From NCBI RefSeq assembly GCF_009914755.1, contig NC_060926.1: a stretch of 64,000 bases of DNA, one strand, 5' to 3'. Shown here in pieces: positions 26,583 through 38,147 of this stretch (positions are counted from its first letter, which is position 1; each line of letters starts with the position of its first letter). Both the position numbers and the translations under genes were made by a program. The notes under the pieces were generated by a model. That model was not told the origin of the DNA. It saw only the letters and a program-made list of their open reading frames with translations, and did not search any database. Source of the stretch: the human T2T-CHM13v2.0 reference genome, Homo sapiens.

Positions 26583-28227
26583 CAAGGCCCTGGTTTCTAA
26601 TAAGAATTGGACGTGGGTTGCTGGCATTTAACGTCACTTTGAAGATGTATATTTGAATCTTTTTCCTGGCTTAGGGGTAAGTGGTGGCAGGTTGTTGTGC
26701 TGTATTTTGAAAAGTCCATAAGACCTTATTCCTCACAATTCTTCCAGCCAAGAAATGCTGCCTCTCTTTGAGAACCACTGCTTTAGTGTTTGGTGAGTTA
26801 ATTTTTGAGGTAAAAAAATGTAATTTAAAATGTGTCTATAACCAATTATGTTTTTAAACTCATCTTCTGTTTATTAAGACCATGGATTTGCCAAAAAATC
26901 TATCAGAGAATAGGACTTTCAAATTGAAAGAACGAGAAAGACAAAGTCCAAGAATTTTCACCCTTGATTTAATCTAGCTAATTCTTTACACAATTTAAGT
27001 TTCACATCTTACAGAAATAAGTGTTGCCTATTTTTCTCTAATTAGTAAATTACCATATGTCAATATTCTATACATCCTTTAGAACAGATTTTTGTCAAGT
27101 TTTATATCAGTTTAAAATAATCTACTTCAAATCCCTCAAGAATCGTGAATATGAATTGAGTATATCGGATCAGATCTCAGTTTTCCTCAAAAGATGCTTT
27201 TTTTTTAAAGCACTGCCCAGTCCATTGTGATTAAAGCTCCAGGCATAGCCAAGACCTTTCTAAAAAAAACACAAAATGCTTTAGACTCTACTTCTCACCT
27301 TTCTCCATTAGCAACATACAAAATGGAATGAAAGAAACTTCTTGGAATTATTATAATTCAACACTTTCAGAGAATGTATTTGTGCCATATTTTTTTCAAG
27401 TGTGTTTTTGTCCTTAAAATTTATTCATTCTGTTTTATCTTCCCACCAGCCTCTTGGAGGCCATTATCTTTCCATTAGTGAACTCTCAGTACACATCTTC
27501 CATCGGACTTTGATCTGCCACATACCTTTAAACATTCTTCTCAGTGTTTTGGGTCCTACAGAAACTCCCTCCCCATCTCCCCAGACACTCGAGATTTATA
27601 AGGACATTTTTTACTGCCTACTGTATGCACAAGGGTCCGTTTATTGATGCAAGATGAAACAAGGGTTCACACTGCCTTGGTGCTCTTTGCTACCAGAACA
27701 ACTCTCAGTTTTATTCTGTTTTATGTAAATTGGGTCACAGATGTTTTATTGCTGCAAAATGCTTTGAAACTTTTTCATATGTTCAGTGGGAAAAGAAGCC
27801 TCTCAAAATTCATGCTGAAATAATTAAGCTTTTTAATTTCACTGTCAATTTATCAGAACAAGTGATAAATCTCTCTTTTTACTGCTGCTTCTACAGACAT
27901 GACTTTTCAGTCCATTTCCTTCCTCAGATTGTCTGAGAGTGCCTTTCTAGAGCAGCTCAGCATGCCGTATGGAAACTCCAACACTTTACTGAACTCTTAG
28001 GCAGGCCGGGTAACAACGGGAGGTGTCAGTTCATGCTCCCAGGAACCTGGGAGAGCTGGGCCCTGGCTGCTCTGCAGGAGCTTTGCACTGTGGCAAAAGG
28101 ACTTAACCTGACTCTGACTCTGTTCCCTTGATGCTCAGAATTTCTAGATATATCAACTCACCCCAGAGACAGATTTCCCACCTTTGCGGATGTGGCTAAT
28201 CCAGTTTTACAGCATATAATTCAGTAG

Positions 28228-28452
28228 ATGCAGCATGGCGGCGCAGAAGTAAAGATCTTGGCTGGATCTAAATCAGAGTCCTCAGCTCTGCTCCTGCCTC
28301 CATAAGGCCTTGGACAGTTCCTTCATGTTTATGATCCACATTTCCTCGTGCCAAAATGAGGAAGTAATCCCATTCTCAATGAGCTCTCTGGTTTCATATA
28401 TGTATGGATTCTCCCTGAATGCCTGGTACATGCTGAATGGCCAATGAATATC
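28228..28452 (+). mobile_element. MIR SINE
   Basis: GAGTCCTCAGCTCTGCTC..CCTTGGACAG..TTTCCTCGTGCCAAAATGAGG. Confidence 0.6.
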
Positions 28453-28880
28453 AACGCCCTTCTCTTCCATGAATTTCACAACATTTTTCATCTGTTAACT
28501 TGGAATTTGATGAACCAACATGTTGCTAATCTATTAAAAAAGATCCGGAGTTGCTTACAAGAGTCAGTCCTTATGTGTTCTCCCATTTTATTGTTTTTAG
28601 TTGACCTATAATTTCTATGATGAATGGTCGCTTTTTGGCGTTTAAGTAGAAGAAGCTCATCTTAGGGACTCAGACGCATCGCTTTAGAGCTTTAGAAATA
28701 AACTTGTGCTCATGGTGTTCTCAGGAAAAGGCTGGCCTGCCGCCTGACGTCTGTGCATTGGTCTTTGTGTCAGAAAAACAACAACAACTCATTTTTCCCC
28801 AGAGAGCAACCTACTCTATGATTCTCTACCTCCCCTCCCTTCTTCCTTTTTCAAACACTGAGTTCCTTCTATGTGCTAGA

Positions 28881-29402
28881 CCAGGAGTCGGGAAACATTA
28901 TCTGTAAAGAGTCAGAGAGTAAATATTTTAGTCTTGAAGAGGCAGACAGTCTCTGTTACAACTTGTAAACTCTGCTGCTTTTGCAGAAAAGCAGATAGAC
29001 AACAGTGAAATGAACAAACATGGTTGTGTTTTAACAAAAAGGCGGTTCTCACCAGGGAGTGATTTTGCCTTCCCGGACACTTTTGGCAAGATATGCAGAA
29101 GACTTTGATTGTCAGGAATGGAGAAGGGGTGCTGCTGGCCCCTACTGGGTAGAGGCCAAGGATGCGGCTAAAGGTCAATGCACAGAACCTTCCCTCCCCA
29201 CAGGAAAGAATCATGCAACCCAAAGTGTCAATAGTGCCAAGTTGAACAATAAAACTTTACTCAAGGACACTAAAGTTTGAATTTTATATAATGTCATACA
29301 CAATAAATATCAATCTTTTGATTTTGCTATTTAAAAATGTAAGAACCTTTAGCTCGCAGTCCATACAAAAACTGGCGATGGGTCATAGTTTTTCCACTCC
29401 TG
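28881..29402 (+). mobile_element. MER58 (B-like) hAT MITE interrupted by MER20
   Basis: CAGGAGTCGGGAAAC..TCTGTAAAGAGTCAGAGAGTAAATATTTTAG; resumes at AATAAAACTTTA and ends TTTTCCACTCCTG. Confidence 0.75.
29041..29247 (+). mobile_element. MER20 hAT MITE
   Basis: GGTTCTCACCAGGGAGTGATTTTGCC...GGGTAGAGGCCAAGGATGCGGCTAAA...GTCAATAGTGCCAAGTTGA. Confidence 0.85.
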
Positions 29403-29502
29403 TGCAAGAATCTGGAGAAACAAAGAGAAATAGAGAACAGTAAGTTTCCTTAAGATCCCCTCTCAGAGCCACAAAAGCAAGACAGACCTCATGCACTTCC
29501 TT

Positions 29503-30575
29503 TTATTAAGGAAAATAAGCTTTATTACATCAAGTAATAAATAGATACAAAGATGCAAACAGTTTTAGTCATTTTCTTCCAGATGTTTTGACCAACTTAA
29601 ACGCGGAGCTAAGATGTACTTACAGTCTTAGTATGAAAATGTTCGGGGGTCCTTGTTAGGTTTAGTGGGTTGCTCTTTCTTCTATATTTATAACTTGTGC
29701 ATTTAAAAAAAATTGACTTTGAAGCACTAATAGTCATGCAAATGCATAAGCAAAAAAGAAGTTACTTTAAGCAGAATCTACACTGTAGATGGCAAATGGG
29801 AAATGGGAACCGGCTACTAAGTAAAGCATGCTGTCAGTATGCCTTAAAAACAAAATCCCTGGAGTGGTATAAGCTTATGAAAAGGAACAAAGAACACCGT
29901 GTGTAACAAATATATTCAAAAGAGAAGATTAAAGAGACAATGGTGTCTTGGAGGCAAACTACAGTTTGCTGTAAGATAACTTTAGGTGCATCTTTTAAGT
30001 CAGTGCTTAAAAACAACAAACAAACAAACAGAAACCTGAGCAGTTCCTATTTGAAATGCAAATCCTAATTAACTGCAAAATCTTTTCTCAATCTTTGAGA
30101 CGGTAGCTTCAGAGCCACGTGAACCACGGGAGGAAAAACCAAACTGTAACCATTTTGAAAACAAGGGTTTCATCTGAATGGGGGAGATTAACTGTGACTT
30201 CTTATCTTGTAAAAAGATGGAAATCCTTCAAAACCAACAAGGCAGCTAGGATCTGGCATTCCGTTGCGTTTCTGCTAAGCACTCCCGCACCAGTCCTCCA
30301 GCGTGAATCACGCCGCGCTGCATCCTCTCCATGGAGCTCTCGCTCCCCGCGTACGTGGTTCTGATCTCCCTCCCCAGCTCTTCGATGATGCCAGCAGCTC
30401 CGCGTATTTGCTCTGGGGCACCTGGCTGTTCCCAGTTCCCTGGGTGTAGCCTAGGGACGGTGACCCGTAGTCACTGAGCAGCTGGCGGTACTGTGAAGAC
30501 GTCGCCATGCTGCTGGAAGGCCAGGGGACATTGCCAGAAGGCGTTGAGGGCGGCGGCAGGTGGGCATGTGCGGGA
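29503..30575 (-). pseudogene. CDK2AP1: Processed pseudogene of CDK2AP1 (p12/DOC-1), 5'-truncated near codon 9
   Basis: Intronless [40 protein letters not shown]; after a 1-bp deletion the other frame gives [15 protein letters not shown]...[12 protein letters not shown] (stop 30246-30248). 3' UTR with AATAAA at 29521-29526. 17-bp TSD ACCTCATGCACTT(C/T)CTT at 29486-29502 and 30576-30592. The symbol is that of the parent gene. Confidence 0.96.
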
Positions 30576-33500
30576 ACCTCATGCACTTTCTTAAGGGACC
30601 GTGTACTTCAGTGGCGCATTCACCAGAAGAATCACAGAGCGTAACCTTGGCGAAACTCACCAGTTACTAAGTGAGGGCCCTTGGGTTAAGCCTCCCTTTT
30701 CCTATATTTTCTGCACAGTGCTTCGTGTTCTCTGTCCTCCATCACAGTAGCTTCTTTGGTTTCCTTCTGGGAGCATTCATCACAGTGCTGTCTGGTTATG
30801 AACACAGCTGGCCCAAATTGAGCACCTTGCATCCTGATATATATCTCCAGCCCATGAAAAATCACCCCGCATAACAAGTGGGCAGTAGCTGCATTGAGAA
30901 CTTAACAGGATTTATCAGGTTCACCTGCAGTGCTGTGCTTAGCGCCACTTGGCAATCTCAGCAGCAATACACACAATTGATTCTACCCTAGAGAGTGTGA
31001 AGATCTGAATGCACTTCCTGGTCTTTGAAGCCAACATCTCTAGCTCACCCCGAAAAGTCCTAAAATCCTCATGGTTTGTTCTTTTTCACTGGGGCAAGTG
31101 ACACACATTTTGTTTCTCCAAAGGGTTATGAATAGCCAAATTGCTTCTGGTCTTTAGAGCTTCTCAGATATCTCATAGTTCTTCCATGTATCTCCTGCTG
31201 TGTTGAAAACTTGCTGATCAATCATGCCTCCAGCTGTCCACAGCACTGAGGGCCCTAAGGAGGAGTGAGGGATTGTTTTCTTCCTCTGCCTTCATGAAAC
31301 ACAAGCAGAGGAATTATATGAGCATCTTTTAGCTTCAGTAACCTGGTTACTACTTGGGCTCCAACCTGATGGTCTTGCTGGTTTCACAGATAAAATTTGG
31401 TGAAAGGAACTCATGTAATTACACAAACACACAAATAGGAACAGACACACTTCTCAAAATGTTTAAATGTTCAAAACTCAGCTGTAACCTGGGACGTCAA
31501 AACTGTTTCTACACAGAGTGCCTTCGTAGATGGCTGATAGATTCTTAGATTGTCTACTGAAAGCCTGCCTAATCCAGAGTGTGAGTGCAATCTCCTGCTA
31601 GCCAAACCACCATGTATAACAATATATATATAAAGAATATATAAAGAAACTCAGCAGAGTACAGGAGGTAAGAATGGACACTCATGACTTCATGACTAGC
31701 TGATGATACTTATAGCCTTTCCTGAACAGCTGTGCTGCTGAAGTAAGTTAATATTCTATGTGTTTTATTATCTCACACAAGCTTGTAAAGATTTTTTTGT
31801 CTCCCATGTGGACTCTGAATTGACTACCCTGAAAAAAAAATTCTCCCCCCATGGATCCAGCTTGGCACCTGAGAAGAGTTCATTTTTGAGTTAATTTCTA
31901 GGACACAGACCTCTGTGGACTATTTCAGAAAAGCCAGGGAAACCTGTCATATCTCTCCTAGGCAAAACCCTCCAGCATCTCATCATCTGCAGCATCTCTT
32001 GTGCTATTTTCTATGTGCCCCACCCTGTCTGTGTCCCTCCCTCACAGCTCTGCTCTTCCTTATGCTTGTCTTCATCCCCATCCCTCCTGCCCATCGCTCT
32101 CGATCCCTGTTGTTGCCTTTGTGGATCAGCCTCATTTACACAGCAGTGCATCTTGCTCTCTCCTGCAGCTCCTCAGCCTTTATTTGATGACCCAAGGCTG
32201 CCATGCCTGCATGGATGCATTGATGATCCTGCCAAGGAAGAGATTTTCATATTAATAAGGCCTTCTAGAGATGAGTTCAGTCTCAGAAAGTGTCCCACAG
32301 ATCAGAACCCCCTAGGAGACTCACAGAAGAAAAAATTCTGGGTAGTTAGGCCTCATAACATCTTTAGCTGTAAGAGAGGGTTGAGACAACTCCTTCACAG
32401 GTTTCACATTTCTTCTTCTATAACCTCTGAGCAGAACAGCTGCTGACAAAGCCTTAGACTCCCACGGACATGGCATTAGCTTCTTCCAGTTATGGATGCT
32501 GCAGTGGAATTTCTGGCTCTTGATGAGAGGCTGATGCTAGGTTGTGAGTAAGGTTATGCTTGATTCTGCTTTTCTAAAACCCTAATGCTTCAGAAAATCT
32601 TCTTGAGATTTCTGACAGTTTATTCTTCCACATGCTTTTGCTCATTTACTCACTTATTTACACAACAAACACAACTGAGTGCCCATGATATAGAAGACAG
32701 GATAGTAAGAAATGAGTGCGTCTCCTCCAGAGAAGTTTATATTTCAATGAGCTATATTAAAAATTGCATATCCCATTAAGATGTATGTGATTTCTATGAT
32801 AAATATATAGGGCAAAGTATGTTTTTTATATATTTATATATATATAATGTTATATATGAAAAAAATATATATGGGAGAAATTGTTATGGAAACATACATC
32901 AGGGAGCCACTAGCTGTGGCCTATTTTGGCAGAGACCTCAGAAAAGAGAAGGCACTAAAACTGGGCCTTCTCAAATAAAGTGGGTCTCATGCTATGCTAG
33001 AAATTTTCCTTTAGCTTTGCAGGAGACAGGAGAGTTTACATAATTACTCATGAAAGGGTAAAACTTCACTGGATACAGAAGGAAAACCAAAGATTCTGGT
33101 CAGTTTTACAGCTTACTAGAAGACAGTAAGCAGGAAAAACATGGATTCTGGTCAGTTCTATAGCTTACTAGAAGACTAGCTTACTAGTACTAGTGTGACA
33201 GTGAACAAGAATATTTCTGAATCTCAGTTTCTTTATCCATAATGGGGGTGATAAAATCAGCTTGTTTCAATTCAGGTTCTTAGTTACAAACAACACTAAT
33301 GTATGATAATGGCTCAATGAAAAGAGAATTTGTTGGAAATGCATTAGTGGGATCACAGTTTCAGTGTGTGGCTGGAGGACCAGGCTTGGAAGAAAGACAA
33401 GAATCCAGGGAGTTTTCAAAGACTAGGAACAGAAAGTGGACAAAGATATGCTGACCGCTGCACTGCTAAATCAAGAGGCTTGAAGTCCAAAGATTGCTTT

Positions 33501-33587
33501 CTGTTTGTCCCCTTCTCAGTATTGAAATTGCTAAGAGCTAGTGACTGGCTGAGCTGTGGATTCTTGAACTTCCATAGTAGGAAATAA

Positions 33588-34550
33588 GGAGCTGGGGGAT
33601 GCTAATAGAAAACAGGAAATATTAATAGAACAGGGGATGCCAATGGAACAGAAAATACGAATAGGACAGAGAATACCCACAGAACAGAAGATATCAATAG
33701 GACAGGGTCTCATATTGAAATATAACCCCCGGTGTTGGAGGTGGGGTGTGGTGGGAGGTGATTGGGTCCTGGGGGCAGATTTCTCATGAGTGGTTTACAC
33801 CATCCCCCTAGGTACTGTCCTCATGATACTGAGTGAGTTCTCCTGAGACCTGGCCATTTAAAAGTGCATGGCACCTCCCCCTGGCTCTCTTGCTCCTGCT
33901 TTCACTATGTGATGTGCCTTTTCCCTGTTCACCTTCCACCATGATTGTAAGCTTCCTGAAGCCTCCTTGGAAGCAAATGCTGCTATGCTTCCTGTACAGC
34001 CTGCACACCATGAGCAAATTAAACCTCTTTTCTTTATAAATTGCCCAGTCTTGGGTATTTATTTATAGCAATGCAACAACAGAAAAATACACAGAGGATG
34101 CCAATAGAAGAAGAAATACTAACAGGACAGAGAATGTCAACAGGACATTCTAATACTAATAGGACAGATGATGCCAATAGGACAGAAAATACTAAGAGGA
34201 CAGGGGATGTTAAAAGAATAGAAAATACTAATAGAACAGGGGATGCTAATAGGACTGAAAGTACTAACAGGAGAGGTGATGTCAACAGGACAGAAAATAC
34301 TAATAGGACAGGAAATACTAATAGGACAGGGGATGTTAACAGAACAGAAAATAGTAATAGAGCAGGGATGGCTAATAGGACAGACAATACTAACAGGACA
34401 GGTGATGCCACTGTTATAAAACAGGAAATGCTAACAGGACAGGAGATGCCAAGAGAACAGGAAATAACCAGCAGAACAGTAAATACTAATAGGACAGAGT
34501 TTGTCAATGGAACAGGAAGTACCAATAGGATAGGGGACATTGCTCTGAAC
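33588..34550 (+). repeat. Degenerate 18-bp minisatellite with 36-bp alternation, split by an LTR
   Basis: Units AATAGGACAGAAAATACT and AATAGGACAGGGGATGCY; about 6 units left and about 25 units right of the LTR. Confidence 0.92.
33708..34091 (+). mobile_element. MST (MSTA/B-like) MaLR solo LTR lacking its first ~35 bp
   Basis: CTCATATTGAAATATAACCCC..GGAGGTGGGG...CACCATGATTGTAAGCTTCCTGA...ATAGCAATGCAA..AATACA; TSD CAGGG/CAGAG. Confidence 0.9.
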
Positions 34551-35432
34551 AACAGAGTTAGTTCCCTTACAGTGTCTAATGCTATCCAAATGAGATCATG
34601 AATTCGGAAGCGTTCTATAAACTGGGATCTTTTATACAATGTTAGGGACACTGCGTATCCACTGTGTCTCTTTTTCTACTGTTATTACCTGACAATGGAC
34701 TTATCTAATCTGATTTCTCAGATGAGGGCAGAAGAAGGTCTCCTTTGCAATTGCTCTATTCAGTATTTGCATGAACCCTTTCTTTGGGGGATTAGGCAGG
34801 TACATGCTGACCTGCTGAGCTAAGATGCCACATATACTTCCCAGTTTCATATTACACAACCAAATTTTCTACTCATTTTCTACCAGAAATTTTGAATACC
34901 CAATAGCTGTGGAAAACCACATTTTGATGGGAGGTATAAATGATGCAGAAATATATGGATACATTTTTCTTTAAAATAAATACAGACATTAAATCAAAAG
35001 GGACAACTGGATTGATATAATTTAGCTGTCCAAAAAGACAGTGTTTGTGCGCTAAAGTAGAAACACACTAGCTTCTTTTCTATTGAATGTGGGAAAGACT
35101 GCTGACCATCCAGCAAAGCACCTTCCTCTTCTTTCATAATACAGGCTTATAGCCTGAGTGGAACTGTTGACTCAATTGTATTTCACAGGTTCCCTTGGTG
35201 TTGCATTGCCAATGACTAAAGTTTCCTTCTGGTTAAAAGGAACAGAAGTGACATGTGTTGTTTCTAGGTCTGGCACCAATGAGAGTGCCTTTTCCATGTT
35301 CCTTTTTCCAGATGTAGTGGTGAGCCCAGATGTAGTGGTGACCCAGTTTCAAACATGCAGACCATGACAGTATCCTAGGGCAGAAGTCAGCAAATCTTTT
35401 CTGTAAGAAGTCAGAGATAATAAATGTTTTAG

Positions 35433-36115
35433 GATAGGTAGGGTGGTTCACGTTTGTAATCCTAGCACTTTGGAAGGCTGAAGTGGGCAGATCACTTGAG
35501 CCCAGGAGTTCAAGCAGTCTGGGCAACATAGAGGAACCCAGTTTATATGATTTGGCTGTGTCCCCACCCAAATCTCAACTTGGATTGTATCTCCCAGAGT
35601 TCCCACCTGTTGTGGGAGGGACCCAGCGGGAGGTAATTGAATCATGGAGGCCGGTCTTTCCCATGCTATTCTTGTGATAGTGAATAAGTCTCTTGAGATC
35701 TGATGGGTTTATCAGGGTTTCTGCTTTTGCTTCTTCCTCATTTTTCTCTTCCCACTACCATGTAAAAAGTGCCTTTTGCCTCCTGCCATGATTCTGAGGC
35801 CTCCCCACCCATGTGGAACTGTAAGTCCAATTAAACCTCATTTTTCTTTCCAGTCTTGGGTATGTCTTTATTAGCAGCCTGAAAATGGACTAATACACCA
35901 GTCTGTACAAAAAATACAAAAAAAAAAAAAAAAAAAATAGCCAGGCATGGTGGCGTGCACCTATAGTCCTAGCTACTCAGGAGTCTGAGGTGGGAGGATC
36001 TCCAGAGTCTGGGAGGTGGAGGCTACAGTGAGCTGTGATCATACCACTGTATGACAGAGTGAGACCCTTCCTCAACAAAATAAAAAAATAAATAAATAAA
36101 TAAAATACAAAGGAA
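35433..36115 (+). mobile_element. AluJ interrupted by THE1 LTR
   Basis: CACTTGAGCCCAGGAGTTC left arm; right arm 35940-36075; TSD AATAAATGTTTTAG at 35419-35432 and 36116-36129. Confidence 0.9.
35543..35897 (+). mobile_element. THE1 (A/B-like) solo LTR
   Basis: TTATATGATTTGGCTGTGTCCCCACCCAAATCTC...GAAAATGGACTAATACA; TSD CCAGT on both sides. Confidence 0.93.
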
Positions 36116-36609
36116 AATAAATGTTTTAGACTTTGTGGGCAATATGGTTTCTGTGTTAGTACTCAATTCTGCCATTGGTACACAAAAGCAGTCATAGACA
36201 TTATATAATTAATAGTTGTATTCCAATACAACTTTATTTACAGAAACCAGATGAGGGGTCTGGTGTGCTGACCCCTGAGTGTGGTGATAGTAGGGAAGAA
36301 GATGAATGAGCAATGCTTTGGAAAGAATCTAGGTCCATGAAGTACCATATGAAACAAAACTGCCTTAACACCTGGTTCTGTTAATGACAGGACTGCTATC
36401 CATGAGACAAGTAACTTTTTCTACTTTTTCTATTCTTTATGGAAGTCTTTGTTATAGAAACCTATTCTTATCAAATATGTGGAAAACCAAAAAGTAAAAT
36501 AAAAATTCACCTTTTAGAAAAGCTTCATGATTAACCAGATCAATTAATACAATTTGTGCAATAAAATCTCTAAGACAGAACCTTATCTAGACCTGTATGC
36601 ATCCCCTAT

Positions 36610-36851
36610 TGCTATGGTTTGAATGTCTCTTCCAAAGTTCATGCACTGGAAGCTTAATCCCCAATGCAACAGTATTGGCAGGGGGATCCTTTAAGAGATG
36701 ATTATGTCATGAGGGCTCTGCCCTCAGGAATGGGTTAATGCCATTATTGTGAGAGTGGGTTAGTCATCAAGGGAATAGATTCCTGATAAAAGGATGCGTT
36801 CAGCCTCTCTTTGTCTGCTTCTCTGTCTATCTCTGTCTCTATCTCTCTTTG

Positions 36852-36894
<43 letters not shown>

Positions 36895-37088
36895 CACACA
36901 CGCACACACACCCTCTCTTGCCTTTCCTCTTTATGCCATGGGATGATGCAACACAAGGCCCTCATCAAGTACTGGTGCCATGATCTTGAACTTCCCAGAC
37001 TCCTGAATCATTAATGAAATAAATTTCTGTTAATTGTAAATTATTCAGTCTGTGGTATTGTTAGAGAAACACAAAATAAACTAAGACA
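36610..37088 (+). mobile_element. MSTC/D-like MaLR LTR
   Basis: TGCTATGGTTTGAATGT...CTTAATCCCCAATGCAACAGT...AACTAAGACA. Confidence 0.8.
36857..36911 (+). repeat. (CA)n microsatellite
   Basis: (CA)18 at 36857-36892 plus a degenerate extension. Confidence 0.97.
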
Positions 37089-37409
37089 TTAATGATCTCT
37101 GGAATGAGCTGTTCACATAGTGTTTAAATAATGTTTTATGACTACTTTATGATTTTATATTATCTTCAAAACTATTATTAATATTAGAGCAGCTGCTGCT
37201 CCAAGCTACGTTCACCATACTGGGAGAAAAATAACACCTTGGACCATATTTTGGATGTAGATAATAATAATTCAGTTATACATCTTATGGAAAATGTGTA
37301 CAAATTATACTGTACCTAGAATAGTAGATTACAGATATCCCAGAGGCAATGTGACAGAATTGAGATTGTACTCTAGAAAATAAAAATACACTATATCTGT
37401 TTTAATTAG

Positions 37410-37781
37410 AGTATTAGTTCATTTTCATGCTACTATGAAGAAATAACCGAGACTGGGTAAACTTATAAAGAAAAGAGGTTTAATTGACTCACAGTTCCAC
37501 ATGGCTGGGGAGGCCTCAGGAAACTTACAATCATGGCAAAATGGGAAGCAAACACATCCTTCTTCACATGGTGCAGGAAAAAGAAGTGCTGAGTGAAGGG
37601 GGAAGCCTCTCATAAAACCACTGGATCTCGTGAGAGCTCACTCACTATTACGAGAACAGCATGGGGAAAAAACACTCCCATTATTCAATTACCTCCCACT
37701 GGGTCCCTCCCCATGACATGTGGGGATTATGGAATTACAATTCAAGTTAAGATTAAGGTGGGGACACAAAGCCAAACCATA
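37410..37781 (-). mobile_element. MSTA/THE1D-like LTR
   Basis: GTATTAGTTCATTTTCATGCT...GGGGAGGCCTCAGGAAACTTACAATCATGGC...GCCAAACCATAT. Confidence 0.88.
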
Positions 37782-38147
37782 TTAGTTAGTTTGGGCTGCT
37801 ATAACACATTACCATAGACTGGTGGCTTAAACAACAAACATTTATTTCTCACATCTCTGGAGGCTAGGAGTCCAGGATCAAACCACTGGCAGATCCCATG
37901 TCTGGTGGGGGGTTGCTACCTGAATTGCAGATGGTCATCTTGCTGTGTCCACACATGGAGGAGAACAGAGAGAGAAAAAGCAAGTTCTCATATGTCCTTT
38001 TATGGGGTCACTGATCCCACTTGTGGGAATTCTACCCTTATGACCTTATCGCCTTCCAATGGCTCCACCCCCTAATCCATCACCTTGGGGATTAGGATTT
38101 CAATACATGAATGCGGGGAGGAATGTGTAAACATTCAGTTCCTAGCA
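37782..38147 (-). mobile_element. MLT1A-like LTR
   Basis: GGGCTGCTATAACA..TACCATAGACTGGTGGCTTAAACAACAAACATTTATTTCTCAC. Confidence 0.8.

Larger units (their letters stand above)
35380..36277 (+). mobile_element. MER58A MITE (outer element of a nest)
   Basis: CAGAAGTCAGCAAATCTTTTCTGTAA..TAAATGTTTTAG; resumes ACTTTGTGGGC...TGCTGACCCCTG. Confidence 0.8.

Noticed and set aside
26214-26627. 137-aa ORF with real protein similarity
   Set aside because: It is the C-terminus of L1 ORF2 in a truncated L1PA, not a gene
30308-30586. 92-aa ORF as an intact CDK2AP1 gene
   Set aside because: It starts at a GTG inside the TSD, is intronless, 5'-truncated and frameshifted
33588-34550. CRISPR-like array
   Set aside because: No unique spacers, degenerate head-to-tail units, primate DNA and no cas genes
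35309-35347. 18-bp tandem duplication CCAGATGTAGTGGTGA
   Set aside because: Ordinary slippage event with no further structure
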